NCBI GenBank assembly: GCA_051867815.1
Contig: JBJDZD010000141.1
Span: 19,432 to 83,431 of the forward strand
Length of the DNA stretch: 64,000 nucleotides
Source: Eubacteriales bacterium
GTDB lineage: Bacteria; Bacillota; Clostridia; Oscillospirales; CAG-272
Reading direction: 5' to 3'
Shown: positions 1-9,861 of the stretch, piece by piece
Layout of the letters: each line of letters opens with the position of its first letter
Position numbering within the stretch: the stretch's first letter is position 1
Made by a program: the position numbers and the translations under genes
Notes under the pieces: model-generated
Told to the model about the DNA's origin: nothing
Databases searched by the model: none
The model's input: only the letters and a program-made list of their open reading frames with translations

Positions 1-1819
1 TTGACGCCGTGATGGTTTGGTAGATATCCTGAACCTCGGAAACGATGAGAAAGTCGCCGAAATTGGAAACCACGGTGTAGTAACCGTTTTCATCGGGCAT
101 TGTGGATACCGGAATGTCAACATCCGCGCCGGTTATTGTTGCGGTGCCCTCCTCTGTCTTAACGAAGAGCGCGTTTGCCGCGTCCTTAAGAGCCGTGCCG
201 AGGTCGGTGAAGAACGAAAGGGAGGATACATCGGTCTTTTTGATGCCGTCCGAGGTGTAAACGCTTACCTCGCCGGAGCTTCCGCCGTTTAAGTTTATCA
301 CGCGGTTTTCAAGCACGTCGGTATAGCAATAAGTAAGCTCGCCCTTGGCTATGGTGAAGTTTGCCGAGCGGACGTACTGATATAAAAGTGTTGTTACGCT
401 TGAGCATTTGGTTGCCGTTGCCGTATTGCCGTATTCGTCCACGCCCGTGAAGCTGTATATGTAGGGGGAATCGTCTGCGGTGTTATATGAGATATCAACG
501 ATTTCGTTGCCCTTGATTGCACTGTATCCGCGATTTTTGAAACAGGCGGCAAGCTCTTGGGGAGTTATCTCTTTCTGCCACGTAGCATAGCCGACGCTGT
601 AGTAGTCCTCCCATGGAGTGGCTTGGTTGGGCAGGTAACCGAGCGAGCTGAGCCACACGTATTGCGAGCCGACGGTGTATCCGCCCTGTGACGATGAATA
701 CGCCGCGTTTACTATGGAGCCTTCGTAGGTCATGATCTGATTTTTCGTTGCCGCGACCGCATCCATAACATTCTGCGTGACGTTTTTGCGCCCTTGGTAC
801 ACCTGACAGCATGACGAGGCACAGACATCGAAGCCGTAGGCTTTATTGTGACGGTTCAGGTTTGCCATTACGAATGAGCGCGCCATGAGCGCAAACGCTT
901 TTTGCGCCTCGGCCGGCCACGAGGGGATTATCTCGTTCGGCAGAACGCCTTCGATATAGGACTGCAATCCCACGAGATTGATGAGCGTCAGTCCGTTATT
1001 GGAGCTTGAAAGATATCTTTTGAAGCAGAAAACGCCGTCGTAAAGCTGGCCGGTACCGGCGTATTTGAGATACGATTTTTCCGCACCGTCAATCTGAACT
1101 GCCGTGATGCCGGCATAAAAGTTTTCCGCGCCGGAGTATTCAAAAAGGATGGTGTCGTAGTCGGAATTCAAAAAGCATACGCTTGCGGATGTGGGGGAGG
1201 CAACGGAAACGTTGAAACCCTCCAGCTGTGCACCGACAGCCGCGGCGGCGGCATTGGCGTCCGAGTAGTTGGCAAAGGCTCCGATGCGCACAACGCGCGC
1301 ACCGTCTATGTATGCGGCGAAAACGTGACCGTAATCGGCAAAAATAGCCGAGAGATCCGATAGGTTGTTCCATGCATTCCCGTCTGTCACGGAAAGCTCA
1401 ACGTGATAGCCGCCGATATCGGTGTCCGCTTCCGTTGTTGCGATCTCGCAGGTCTGATAGCCAATCTTGAGGTTGGCGTCAACTACGGCGGCAATGTCGG
1501 TTTCATCAATGGTGTAGAGCGGTTCGTAACCGCGCTCCGTTTTTAATATTTGTGATTCGCCTACAACGAAGCCGTTGGGCGAGGTGAAGCTGTGCAGTGG
1601 TGATGCACTGCTTCCGTAGCGGATTCCGACGGCAATGCGAAAGTCATCCGATGTTGTGACTGTTTCAAACTCGTAGCTGTCCAGCGGAAGCGCATGCACC
1701 CCGATGGTAAAAACTATTGCCATGTAGATAACGCTGATCAGCATAAGTGCCGCCATAATTCCGGCGACAATCCTGAGCGCGAGCTTTTTTGCCGTTTCGC
1801 GTTTATTAGCCTTCGACAA
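1..1819 (-). CDS. spoIID: Stage II sporulation protein D (SpoIID/LytB domain); 3' end runs off the left window edge
   Basis: This minus-strand ORF has no stop inside the window, so it is absent from the ORF track. My translation contains GLQSYIEGVLPNEIIPSWPAEAQKAFALMARSFVMANL...YGFDVCASSCCQVYQG, the SpoIID/LytB signature. The N-terminus is K/R-rich and followed by a TM helix (AGIMAALMLISVIYMAIVF). I chose the TTG start at 1819, which overlaps the stop of the upstream gene. ATG 1756 is the alternative. Confidence 0.8.
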   Translation of the reverse strand, partial: MSKANKRETAKKLALRIVAGIMAALMLISVIYMAIVFTIGVHALPLDSYEFETVTTSDDFRIAVGIRYGSSASPLHSFTSPNGFVVGESQILKTERGYEPLYTIDETDIAAVVDANLKIGYQTCEIATTEADTDIGGYHVELSVTDGNAWNNLSDLSAIFADYGHVFAAYIDGARVVRIGAFANYSDANAAAAAVGAQLEGFNVSVASPTSASVCFLNSDYDTILFEYSGAENFYAGITAVQIDGAEKSYLKYAGTGQLYDGVFCFKRYLSSSNNGLTLINLVGLQSYIEGVLPNEIIPSWPAEAQKAFALMARSFVMANLNRHNKAYGFDVCASSCCQVYQGRKNVTQNVMDAVAATKNQIMTYEGSIVNAAYSSSQGGYTVGSQYVWLSSLGYLPNQATPWEDYYSVGYATWQKEITPQELAACFKNRGYSAIKGNEIVDISYNTADDSPYIYSFTGVDEYGNTATATKCSSVTTLLYQYVRSANFTIAKGELTYCYTDVLENRVINLNGGSSGEVSVYTSDGIKKTDVSSLSFFTDLGTALKDAANALFVKTEEGTATITGADVDIPVSTMPDENGYYTVVSNFGDFLIVSEVQDIYQTITAS

Positions 1820-2786
1820 TTTTATAATTACCTCCTATTATGAAATACGCACCCTCATGCGCCGTTACGGTGACGCCCCTGCCGTCATTTCCGCCGCGCG
1901 GGATCATTATATGATGGAAGAGGGGGATACTCTCGCCGTTGTAAATATCCGTGCCGAGGGTCAGGTCGTTCAGTCCTTGCATGGTTCCGGCTTCAACAAA
2001 GGGTGAAACAGCAACCGCAGTACCCGAGCGAAGGATGAGCGAGAGGGTGTCGGATTCTTCGGCGGCTATGATCGTAGCTCCGTATGGGACGAAGACGGAG
2101 ACGTATGTTTGACCAAGATCGTCGAGGATGGCGTTGAACTGATTTTGCAGATCGGCAAGTTCATTTTTCAGCTTGGCGATGTCTCCGCTGCTTGAGGTAA
2201 GCTGATTTACCTTGTATGTGAGTGTTTCAAGCTTTGTGGAAATGTCCGCAATCTGCTTGAAGTTGTTTTCAAGCATGAGAATGTCGTTTTTCGCTGCGGT
2301 AATCTGATTTTGAAGATTCGTAATGTCCGCTCCGAGGGAGGAAACGGAGGCGCTCAGTTCCTCATAAGATTTTGCAAGCTCGTTGATGAGGGAGAGATAC
2401 TCGTTGCGCATGTTGGAAATATCGTTGCTGAGCTTTTCGTTCTCGTCTTTAAGCTCCTCATTCGACTTTTGAAGCGCTTCGATCAGAGCCATTATCTCGG
2501 CGAGCTGTTGCGAGCTGATGCCGTCATCCGTTTCTTCGCCGGAGCCGCCGCCGGATCCACCCGAACCCAATTCGAGAGCCGTAAGCCGTGCCTCGATTGA
2601 ACTGATGGCATTTCTTATGTCTACAAGCACACTTTCAACGTACGCCTTCATGCCGGAAAGGGAAACGACGGGGTCCTGGGAACTGTCGTAGTTCACCGTT
2701 GCATAGACGACGAGCGATGACGTTGCCGCCAAAACGAGCGCAAGAATAACTATCAGGCTTCTTTTTATCTTAAACTTAAGCTTCAT
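1806..2786 (-). CDS. Membrane-anchored coiled-coil protein of unknown function (N-terminal TM, Gly/Ser linker, long heptad-like region, beta-rich C-terminal domain)
   Basis: This is ORF 1806..2807. The start MKLKFKIKRSLIVILALVLAA at ATG 2786 fits a signal-anchor. It contains GSGGSGGGSGEE followed by ~170 aa rich in L/N/E/Q/K (NEELKDENEKLSNDISNMRNEYLSLINELAKSYEEL...). No family was recognised. Confidence 0.6.
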   Translation of the reverse strand: MKLKFKIKRSLIVILALVLAATSSLVVYATVNYDSSQDPVVSLSGMKAYVESVLVDIRNAISSIEARLTALELGSGGSGGGSGEETDDGISSQQLAEIMALIEALQKSNEELKDENEKLSNDISNMRNEYLSLINELAKSYEELSASVSSLGADITNLQNQITAAKNDILMLENNFKQIADISTKLETLTYKVNQLTSSSGDIAKLKNELADLQNQFNAILDDLGQTYVSVFVPYGATIIAAEESDTLSLILRSGTAVAVSPFVEAGTMQGLNDLTLGTDIYNGESIPLFHHIMIPRGGNDGRGVTVTAHEGAYFIIGGNYKIVEG

Positions 2787-2796
2787 GTGTTTATCC

Positions 2797-5034
2797 TCAA
2801 ATATCAATGCCTATTTGCATTTTGTCGATGTCCTTTTCGGCTAAAAGAACGGGTGTTGCCGGAATTTTGGTCTTTTTGTAGCCCTTGGTGGATTCGATCC
2901 TGTCGTCGAAGTGTGCCAGAACCTCACGAACCGTCGCGCCCTTCTTGAGCAGGATCAACTGAGAGCCTGCCGCGGTGCGCGTGGTCTTGAGGGGAAAGAG
3001 GGATGTCGATATGACGATGGCGCGATCGGCACTTGAGATGATGAGCAGTTCAAATGCATTTTTGTGTTCTTCAAAGATGCCGACGATGGGTGAGACCGTC
3101 GAGAACGCGCCCGTCATCTTGCGGCGCGTGCCCTTGACGGCGTATGCCGAGAGGGGAACCTTCACGCCCTTGCCGTTTTCAAAGACGAAGACCATGTTTC
3201 GCTTGTCGTCCCAATCCTTATCATCGCGGATGAATATCGGCTTTTCGCCGTCGTCGAATTTCAGCTTGGCAGGGAGGAATTCACCCATTTCGCTTGCTTT
3301 GCAAACGCCGAAATCCGATGCCTTGAAGCGGTAGAGTTGGGCTTTGTTGGTGAAGACGGCAAATTCGGAGATGTTTTCACCGTCAAACTCGGCAATGAGG
3401 CGGTCGCCGTCTTTAAGACGCTGTTCGTCGTTGCCGCGGAGCGATTTGTCCGTGATCTTCTTGAAGTATCCTTCTGCCGTGAGGAAGAAATGAGCAGTGA
3501 AATTTTCAATATGCTCCTCGGGACGGTAAACGTCAATGCTTTCCGCGTTTATAATGGTCGAGCGGCGAGGCTGACCGTACTTCTTCTTGATCTCGGCAAG
3601 CTGTTTTGCAATCAGGCGCTTCATCTTGATCTCGTCCGCAAGAGTTTCCTCCAGGTCAGCGATCTCGCCTTGAAGCGAATCTATCTCGTTGATGCGGTTG
3701 ATCAGATATTCGCGGTTGAGGTAACGCAGCTTGATCTCGGCAATGTATTCCGCCTGCCTTTCGTCAATGGAGAAGCCCTTGCAGAGGTTTGAAATGACCT
3801 CGCTCTCCTTTTGCGTGTTGCGGATGATCTTTATCGCCTTGTCGATGTCGAGCAGTATTTTACCCAGACCGAGCAAGAGGTGGAGCTTATCCTTCTTTTT
3901 GTTAAGCTCAAAGGTCAGCTCGCGCGTCAGACAGCCCTTGCGGAAGTTTATCCATTCCTTCAAGAGGGGCAATACTCCGAGCTGAACGGGCGAGGAATTT
4001 ATGATTACGTTGAAATTGCAGGAAAAATTATCCTCAAGAGCCGTTGACTTGAAGAGCTTGAGCATGACCTTGTCAGGCTCTGCGCCGCGGCGCAGGTCAA
4101 GCGTGAGCTTGAAGCCGGAGAGGTCGATCTCATCGCGGAAGTCAACCACGTCGCGAAGCTGATTTGACTTCATCATCTCCGCAATCTTTTTCATGATGAT
4201 CTCAATGGTGGTCGAATAGGGGATCTCAAGGATGTCTATGCAGTTTGCCGCTTTATCGTAGCGGTATTTGGCGCGAATCTTGACCGGACCTTCGCCCGTT
4301 TCGTAAACGCGGCGCATGGTGTCGCGGTCGTATATTATCTCGCCGCCACCCGGAAAATCCGGTGCCGGCATGATATCGAGCAGCTCGTCCACCGTCAGCT
4401 TCGGAGATTTGAGAAGCGCGATTGTTGCATCGCAGACCTCCGAAAGATTGAAGGGCGCTATTCTTGAAGCCATACCGACCGCGATACCCATATTGGGCGT
4501 TACGAGAATGTTCGGGAAGGTCGTGGGGAGCAGAGCCGGCTCCTTCATGGTGTTGTCGTAGTTGTCGATCATTTCAACGGCATCCTTGTCGATGCCGACG
4601 AACAGCTCCGATGCAAATTTATCCAGCCTTACCTCGGTATAACGCGAAGCGGCCGTTGCCATGCTTGAGCTGTATTGCTTACCGAACGAGCCTTTGGAAT
4701 CAACGAAGGGGTGGAGAAGCGCCGCATAGTCGCTCGTAAGACGCACCATGGTATCGTATATCGCGGCATCACCGTGGGGGTTCAGACGCATGGTCTGACC
4801 GACGACGTTCGCGCTCTTCGTCCTTGGACCGGAGAGCAGACCCATTTTATACATCGTATAGAGCAGCTTGCGGTGTGAGGGCTTGAAGCCGTCGATCTCG
4901 GGGATCGCACGCGAGACGATAACGCTCATTACGTAGGGCATATAGTTTTTTTCTATCGTTTCGGTTATGGGTTGATCCTTGGCAGGTGCAGGGGGAAGCG
5001 CCTCGGTGATTTCCGCTTTTTTCTTTCTTGCCAT
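2797..5034 (-). CDS. Type IIA DNA topoisomerase subunit A (ParC/GyrA family, ParC-like length)
   Basis: The 745-aa product carries PEIDGFKPSHRKLLYTMYKMG, NPHGDAAIYDTMVRLTS and the catalytic-Tyr context AASRYTEVRL. No GyrA-box (QRRGGKG-like) was seen in the C-terminal region. Confidence 0.85.
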   Translation of the reverse strand: MARKKKAEITEALPPAPAKDQPITETIEKNYMPYVMSVIVSRAIPEIDGFKPSHRKLLYTMYKMGLLSGPRTKSANVVGQTMRLNPHGDAAIYDTMVRLTSDYAALLHPFVDSKGSFGKQYSSSMATAASRYTEVRLDKFASELFVGIDKDAVEMIDNYDNTMKEPALLPTTFPNILVTPNMGIAVGMASRIAPFNLSEVCDATIALLKSPKLTVDELLDIMPAPDFPGGGEIIYDRDTMRRVYETGEGPVKIRAKYRYDKAANCIDILEIPYSTTIEIIMKKIAEMMKSNQLRDVVDFRDEIDLSGFKLTLDLRRGAEPDKVMLKLFKSTALEDNFSCNFNVIINSSPVQLGVLPLLKEWINFRKGCLTRELTFELNKKKDKLHLLLGLGKILLDIDKAIKIIRNTQKESEVISNLCKGFSIDERQAEYIAEIKLRYLNREYLINRINEIDSLQGEIADLEETLADEIKMKRLIAKQLAEIKKKYGQPRRSTIINAESIDVYRPEEHIENFTAHFFLTAEGYFKKITDKSLRGNDEQRLKDGDRLIAEFDGENISEFAVFTNKAQLYRFKASDFGVCKASEMGEFLPAKLKFDDGEKPIFIRDDKDWDDKRNMVFVFENGKGVKVPLSAYAVKGTRRKMTGAFSTVSPIVGIFEEHKNAFELLIISSADRAIVISTSLFPLKTTRTAAGSQLILLKKGATVREVLAHFDDRIESTKGYKKTKIPATPVLLAEKDIDKMQIGIDI

Positions 5035-5069
5035 TTGTTACCTCAATAATATATGTCGGTCAAATTTTT

Positions 5070-6116
5070 TCAATTTTCATTTTCGGGATAAACGACCGTA
5101 TGTGCGGCTGCACGGATTAGTCGGTTATAAAGTGCCAGGCCGAAGCCGTCGGTGGACGGCAGATTGGCATAAACGCATTCTCCATCAAGCGAATTGCATT
5201 CGCGGAGCGCGGAGAAAAGACGGTGAGCTTGAGCTTCAAGGTCATTGCGTTTGCCGATGGTGATAACGGCACCGCCGTCGAGCATTTCTGCCTGCTCGTC
5301 GTAGCAGATGATGATAGCGCCCTCTTTTTGCTTTTCGGCAAAGAAGGCAACGCGAGCTTCTTCGGAGCCGCCGACGAGGCTGAGGGGCTTATCGGGCGCA
5401 TAGTGGCGGTATTTGGATCCGGGGCATATGGGGCGCTCGTTATCGGCGAGCTTGTGCAGGACATTGTCGCTGACCTCGACCGCGGAGCAGACACAGCAAA
5501 GCGCGTCGTAGGTGACCGCGCCGGGGCGCAGAAGTACGAGGCTGTCTTCTCCCGTGAGCTTAACTATGGTGGATTCAACGCCGAATGCGCAATCGCCGCC
5601 GTCGATGATGCAGTCAACTCTGCCGTCGAGGTCCTCGATGCAATGGGCGGCACAGGTAGGGGAGGGCTTGCCCGAAATATTTGCCGACGGTGCGGCAACG
5701 GGCAGGCCGCAAAGCTCTATGAGCTTATTTGCAACGGGGTGAGCGGGACAGCGTACGGCAACGCTGTCAAGACCGCCCGTTACCGTGACGGGTATGGTAT
5801 CCTTTTTCGGAAGAATGACGGTCAAAGGACCCGGCATGAAATGGCGCGCAAGGCGGTAATAGAGCTTGCTCGTTACCGCGTAAAGCTCGACGTCCTCCGG
5901 CTTTGCTATATGAATTATAAGAGGGTTATCCGAGGGGCGACCCTTTGCCGCGTAAATTTTTCGTGCGCTCTCGCTGTGGGTCGCATCGCCGCCGAGACCG
6001 TAAACGGTCTCGGTCGGGAAAACGACGGTGCCGCCGCGGCGCAGTAGCTCCGCCGCAGGCGCGAGCTTGTCAATACTCGGATTTTCCGGGTCAACTTTGA
6101 TGAGTAATGTTTTCAT
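5070..6116 (-). CDS. tsaC: L-threonylcarbamoyladenylate synthase (Sua5/TsaC2 type, with C-terminal Sua5 domain)
   Basis: GGTVVFPTETVYGLGGDA and AKGRPSDNPLIIHI are YrdC/Sua5 motifs. At ~348 aa the length implies the long Sua5 form. I chose the start at ATG 6116 (MKTLLIKV). Confidence 0.85.
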   Translation of the reverse strand: MKTLLIKVDPENPSIDKLAPAAELLRRGGTVVFPTETVYGLGGDATHSESARKIYAAKGRPSDNPLIIHIAKPEDVELYAVTSKLYYRLARHFMPGPLTVILPKKDTIPVTVTGGLDSVAVRCPAHPVANKLIELCGLPVAAPSANISGKPSPTCAAHCIEDLDGRVDCIIDGGDCAFGVESTIVKLTGEDSLVLLRPGAVTYDALCCVCSAVEVSDNVLHKLADNERPICPGSKYRHYAPDKPLSLVGGSEEARVAFFAEKQKEGAIIICYDEQAEMLDGGAVITIGKRNDLEAQAHRLFSALRECNSLDGECVYANLPSTDGFGLALYNRLIRAAAHTVVYPENEN

Positions 6117-6186
6117 AATCCGTCCGTATTTTTGAATGAAATAACTGTTGCCATGCATAAAGCACGGTAAACATGCCGCAGTACCT

Positions 6187-7257
6187 TTATTTTTCTTCGC
6201 CTCGCAGGCGCTCTGCGGTGTCGGCAGCTATCAAGGCATCGATCATTTCGCCGATATTGCCGTCAAGGAATGTATCAAGGCTGTGGAGCGTCAAGCCGAT
6301 ACGGTGGTCGGTGACGCGGTTTTGAGGATAATTGTAGGTGCGAATCTTTTCGCTTCTGTCTCCGCTTCCCACCTGCGAGCGGCGCGCACCGGCAATGGCG
6401 TTTTCCTGCTCGGTGCGCTTTATGTCGTAGAGCTTAGCGCGGAGCATGGCGAGCGCCTTATCCTTATTCTGGAACTGCGAGCGCTCCTGCTGGCATTCTA
6501 TGACGATGCCCGTCGGCTTGTGGGTCAGGCGAACGGCGGATTCGGTTTTGTTGATATGCTGACCGCCTGCGCCGCTTGATTTGCAGGATTCAAACACGAT
6601 ATCCGAGGGCGCGATCTCTACTTCGACCGCATCCGCCTCGGGGAGAACGGCTACCGTTGCCGCCGAGGTGTGTATGCGACCCTGGGATTCCGTTTCCGGC
6701 ACGCGCTGAACGCGGTGAACGCCGGATTCGAACTTGAAGCGCGAATATGCGCCGTCACCCTCAATGGAGAAGGTTATCTCCTTGTAGCCGCCGCGGTCGG
6801 TCTCGTTTGCGCTTGCAACGGAGATCTTAAAGCCGCAGGTGTCACAGTACATGCAGTACATGCGGTAGAGAACGGCGGCAAAGAGCGCGGCCTCATCGCC
6901 ACCCGTGCCGGCGCGGATCTCAACGATGACGTTTTTGTCGTCGTTCGGGTCACGCGGCAGGAGAAGCACCTTGAGCTTACCCACGGAATCCTCCATGGTC
7001 TGCTTTGCGCATGTAAGCTCCTCTTCGGCAAGCTCGTGCAGGTCTGCGCTGTTGCGGTCGTCAAGCAGGGCGCGCGCATCTTCTGCCGACTGCCGAGCGG
7101 CAAGGTAGCGGCGGTATTCGTCGATAATGGGGGTTAAGTTCTTATATTCCTTGAGCAGCTTCGTATAGGCTTCGATATCCGAGATCACGTCGGGGTCTTC
7201 AAGCGAGCGCGAGATCTCGGAATACTTTTCGTTTAATTTGGCAAGTCGCTCAAGCAT
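6187..7257 (-). CDS. prfA: Peptide chain release factor 1
   Basis: The GGQ motif (SGAGGQHINKTESAVRLTHKPTG) and an RF1-type PxT tripeptide context (RVQRVPETESQGRIHTS) are present. Length is 356 aa. Confidence 0.95.
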   Translation of the reverse strand: MLERLAKLNEKYSEISRSLEDPDVISDIEAYTKLLKEYKNLTPIIDEYRRYLAARQSAEDARALLDDRNSADLHELAEEELTCAKQTMEDSVGKLKVLLLPRDPNDDKNVIVEIRAGTGGDEAALFAAVLYRMYCMYCDTCGFKISVASANETDRGGYKEITFSIEGDGAYSRFKFESGVHRVQRVPETESQGRIHTSAATVAVLPEADAVEVEIAPSDIVFESCKSSGAGGQHINKTESAVRLTHKPTGIVIECQQERSQFQNKDKALAMLRAKLYDIKRTEQENAIAGARRSQVGSGDRSEKIRTYNYPQNRVTDHRIGLTLHSLDTFLDGNIGEMIDALIAADTAERLRGEEK

Positions 7258-7260
7258 GGA

Positions 7261-8661
7261 TCAATAGCGGTTGAATGCAGAGAAGCCGCGGTGTGCCTCG
7301 TAGAGGTCGACCTTTGAGATGACCTCGTAGGGCGCGTGCATTGCAATGACCGGAACGCCGAGGTCAACGACCTCGATATTATGCTTGGAGATGAACTTTG
7401 CAACGGTTCCGCCGCCGCCGAAGTCAACCTTGCCAAGCTCGCCTGCCTGCCAGACGACGTCGTCCTTTGCCATCATTGCGCGCAAGCGGCCGATATACTC
7501 TGCGGATGCATCGTTCGTTCCGCCCTTGCCGCGCGAGCCTGTGTATTTGGTGAGAACCACGCCGCAGGACAGGAGGGAGGAATTGCGCTTTTCAAAAGCA
7601 TCGCCGAAATTGGGGTCAAACGCCGCGGAAACATCGGCGGAAAGGCAGATGGAGGCGTTGCGAACAGCCGCCGGGCATGCGTTCTGCGAGCGGCAGATGG
7701 CATCGATGAGATCAAGGATGAGGTCGCATTGCATGCCGGTGTTGCCGTCGCTGCCCGTTTCTTCTTTGTCCGCGAGGATGCACATCATCGTGTGAGGCGT
7801 GCCGGCCTTGAGGGCCTCAAACATGGCGGTCATTGCAGGGTAAGCGCAAACTCGGTCGTCGTGGCCGTAGGCGCAGATCATGGAGCGGTCAAGACCGACG
7901 TCGCGCGCATTTCCGACAGGGACTGCGCTAAGCTCTGCGGAGAGGAAGTCCTCCTCGCAAATGCCGTACTTTTCATTGAGAATGCGCAGAACGTTGAGCT
8001 TTATGCCGTCCGCCTCGTTGACCAGAGGACGGCTGCCGACGAGGAGATTGAGCTTTTCGCCCGGGATGGCTTCGCCGAGGGGCTTGCGGTCGTCGTTGTG
8101 GCCGAGGTGGGGGAGAAGGTCGTTGATGTAGAGAACGGGGTCGGTTGCGTCCTCACCGATGGTAACGGTAACGCTCTCGCCGTCAGCCTTAACGACTACG
8201 CCGTGGAGCGCAAGGGGAGTTGCCACCCATTGATACTTTCTGATACCGCCGTAGTAATGGGTTTTGAGGAACGCCATGCCGCTGTCCTCGTAGAGAGGAA
8301 CCTGCTTGAGGTCGATCCTGGGCGAGTCGATATGAGCCGCCGAGATGCGTATGCCCTCGTTAAGCGGCTCCTCGCCGACGGAGAAGAGGAAGAGATTCTT
8401 TCCGCGGTTGTTGTAGTAATACTTACCGCCCTTCGCGATCTCGTCGCCGAAGGCGTAAGGAACGAAGCCCTCCGCTTTTGCAAGCTCGATGGCGGCATGG
8501 ACCGCTTCGCGCTCGGTCTTGGCATCGTCGAGGAATTTAGCATATCCTACGGCGTATTCGTAAGCCTTTTCGATGTTCGCTTCCTCGCGGCGCTCGTAAA
8601 CGGTCTTTTTCTTGTAGAGAAGCTCGCGCGCGGCTTCTGCGGATGTTTTGATTTCGCTCAT
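7261..8661 (-). CDS. M18-family aminopeptidase (aminopeptidase 1 type)
   Basis: ISAAHIDSPRIDLK, GHDDRVCAY and ADKEETGSDGNTG are typical of M18/M42-like zinc aminopeptidases. The start at ATG 8661 (MSEIKTS) is preceded by a GGAGAA RBS. Confidence 0.75.
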   Translation of the reverse strand: MSEIKTSAEAARELLYKKKTVYERREEANIEKAYEYAVGYAKFLDDAKTEREAVHAAIELAKAEGFVPYAFGDEIAKGGKYYYNNRGKNLFLFSVGEEPLNEGIRISAAHIDSPRIDLKQVPLYEDSGMAFLKTHYYGGIRKYQWVATPLALHGVVVKADGESVTVTIGEDATDPVLYINDLLPHLGHNDDRKPLGEAIPGEKLNLLVGSRPLVNEADGIKLNVLRILNEKYGICEEDFLSAELSAVPVGNARDVGLDRSMICAYGHDDRVCAYPAMTAMFEALKAGTPHTMMCILADKEETGSDGNTGMQCDLILDLIDAICRSQNACPAAVRNASICLSADVSAAFDPNFGDAFEKRNSSLLSCGVVLTKYTGSRGKGGTNDASAEYIGRLRAMMAKDDVVWQAGELGKVDFGGGGTVAKFISKHNIEVVDLGVPVIAMHAPYEVISKVDLYEAHRGFSAFNRY

Positions 8662-8701
8662 TTTATTTATTCTCCTTGGTAAATTAATTTTGATTTTATG
8701 A

Positions 8702-9274
8702 TCAGTTTGCCGATTCGTAGAGATCGCGGTATATCTCAACGGTCTTTTCAAACTGTTTTACATACTTCTCCGTGTCACGGTCGGGAATGACGGCGAGCTT
8801 GCCCTCACTGTCGAGGTATTCCGCATTTGAAAGCCAAGCGTCGACGGTATCCTCGCCGATATACAGGGCGGCGTAAACGGCGCGCCAGCTTTGGTATTTG
8901 ATAAAAAGCTTCGAGAGCTTGTATGTACCGATGTCGATGTTAGTAGCAGGCTCGAAGAGCAGACCGGGGTCCTTGTATTTGCCCAGCTCGTCGGCAAGTC
9001 TGTTATATTCCTCACGCGTGAGCTGCATCAGACCGATGCCGCCGTCCTCGCCTTCAAGCCCGGAATCGTAGTCACTCTCAATCTTAATGGCAGAATAGAT
9101 AACGGAAACCGGAACGGCGTATTCATAATACGAGGCGATGACGGTGTCGTTGTATTTGCGAGGATATTCTTTAAGTCGGTACTGCGTGAACAGGGTATCA
9201 TAAAGAAAGGCACAGCCGACTGAGAGCAGGATAATGATTATGACCGCTAAGGGGTTGAGTAATTTCTTTTTCAT
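8702..9274 (-). CDS. Lytic transglycosylase (SLT domain), membrane-anchored
   Basis: There is an N-terminal TM helix. IKIESDYD...GGIGLMQLT matches the SLT catalytic Glu-Ser...GLMQ pattern. Confidence 0.75.
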   Translation of the reverse strand: MKKKLLNPLAVIIIILLSVGCAFLYDTLFTQYRLKEYPRKYNDTVIASYYEYAVPVSVIYSAIKIESDYDSGLEGEDGGIGLMQLTREEYNRLADELGKYKDPGLLFEPATNIDIGTYKLSKLFIKYQSWRAVYAALYIGEDTVDAWLSNAEYLDSEGKLAVIPDRDTEKYVKQFEKTVEIYRDLYESAN

Positions 9275-9861
9275 TTGTTCAGTGTATTGAGAATTTTTTC
9301 TGCTTCGGCGCTGAGAGCTTCGGTGTCGCCGCGGTTGACGACCGTGAAGTCCGCGCGGGATGTGTAAAAGCTGTCGGGGGGCGCCGCCGCCATTCGCGCG
9401 CGAAGCGTCTCGACGGGACGGCCGTCACGCGCACACAGACGTGCAAGACGCTCGTCGGGCGGAGCGATCAGGGCAACGGTTACGTCACATTCGCTCTCAT
9501 AGCCGGCCTCAAAAAGCAGTGGAGCGTCGACGATGGCGTGCTTGCGGTCGGTCGCGGCGATTGCCTTGCGAACCTCGGCAAGAACATAGGCGTGTGTCAG
9601 CTTGTTAAGCCGCTCACGGCTTTCCTCCGCACCCGGTGCGAAAACGATCTGCGCAAGTGCCGGGCGGCAAAGGCTTCCGTCGGCGTTCAGTATGGCGTCG
9701 CCGAACATCTTTGCAAGCTCACGCGTGCATTCGGAGGGAGTGTCAACGAGGGAATGATATATCTTATCACAATCGAGGTGCAGGCATCCCATGTCCTCAA
9801 GATACGAGCAAAACAGCGATTTTCCGGCACCGCTGGGACCGGTTACTCCGATTATTGCCAT
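9271..9861 (-). CDS. coaE: Dephospho-CoA kinase
   Basis: The product has IGVTGPSGAGKS (P-loop) at the N-terminus, DAPLLFE, and a ~196-aa length. A 4-nt overlap links it to the downstream SLT gene. Confidence 0.9.
   Translation of the reverse strand: MAIIGVTGPSGAGKSLFCSYLEDMGCLHLDCDKIYHSLVDTPSECTRELAKMFGDAILNADGSLCRPALAQIVFAPGAEESRERLNKLTHAYVLAEVRKAIAATDRKHAIVDAPLLFEAGYESECDVTVALIAPPDERLARLCARDGRPVETLRARMAAAPPDSFYTSRADFTVVNRGDTEALSAEAEKILNTLNK

Noticed and set aside
7336-8682. A 448-aa ORF on the + strand, opposite the M18 aminopeptidase gene.
   Set aside because: It is antisense to a well-supported CDS and has an A/G/V/R-rich composition with no recognisable motifs. Other antisense ORFs are rejected for the same reason: 5223..6047, 21984..22994, 27822..28760, 33714..34661, 41564..42457, 50199..51236, 61276..62211 and 62729..63337.
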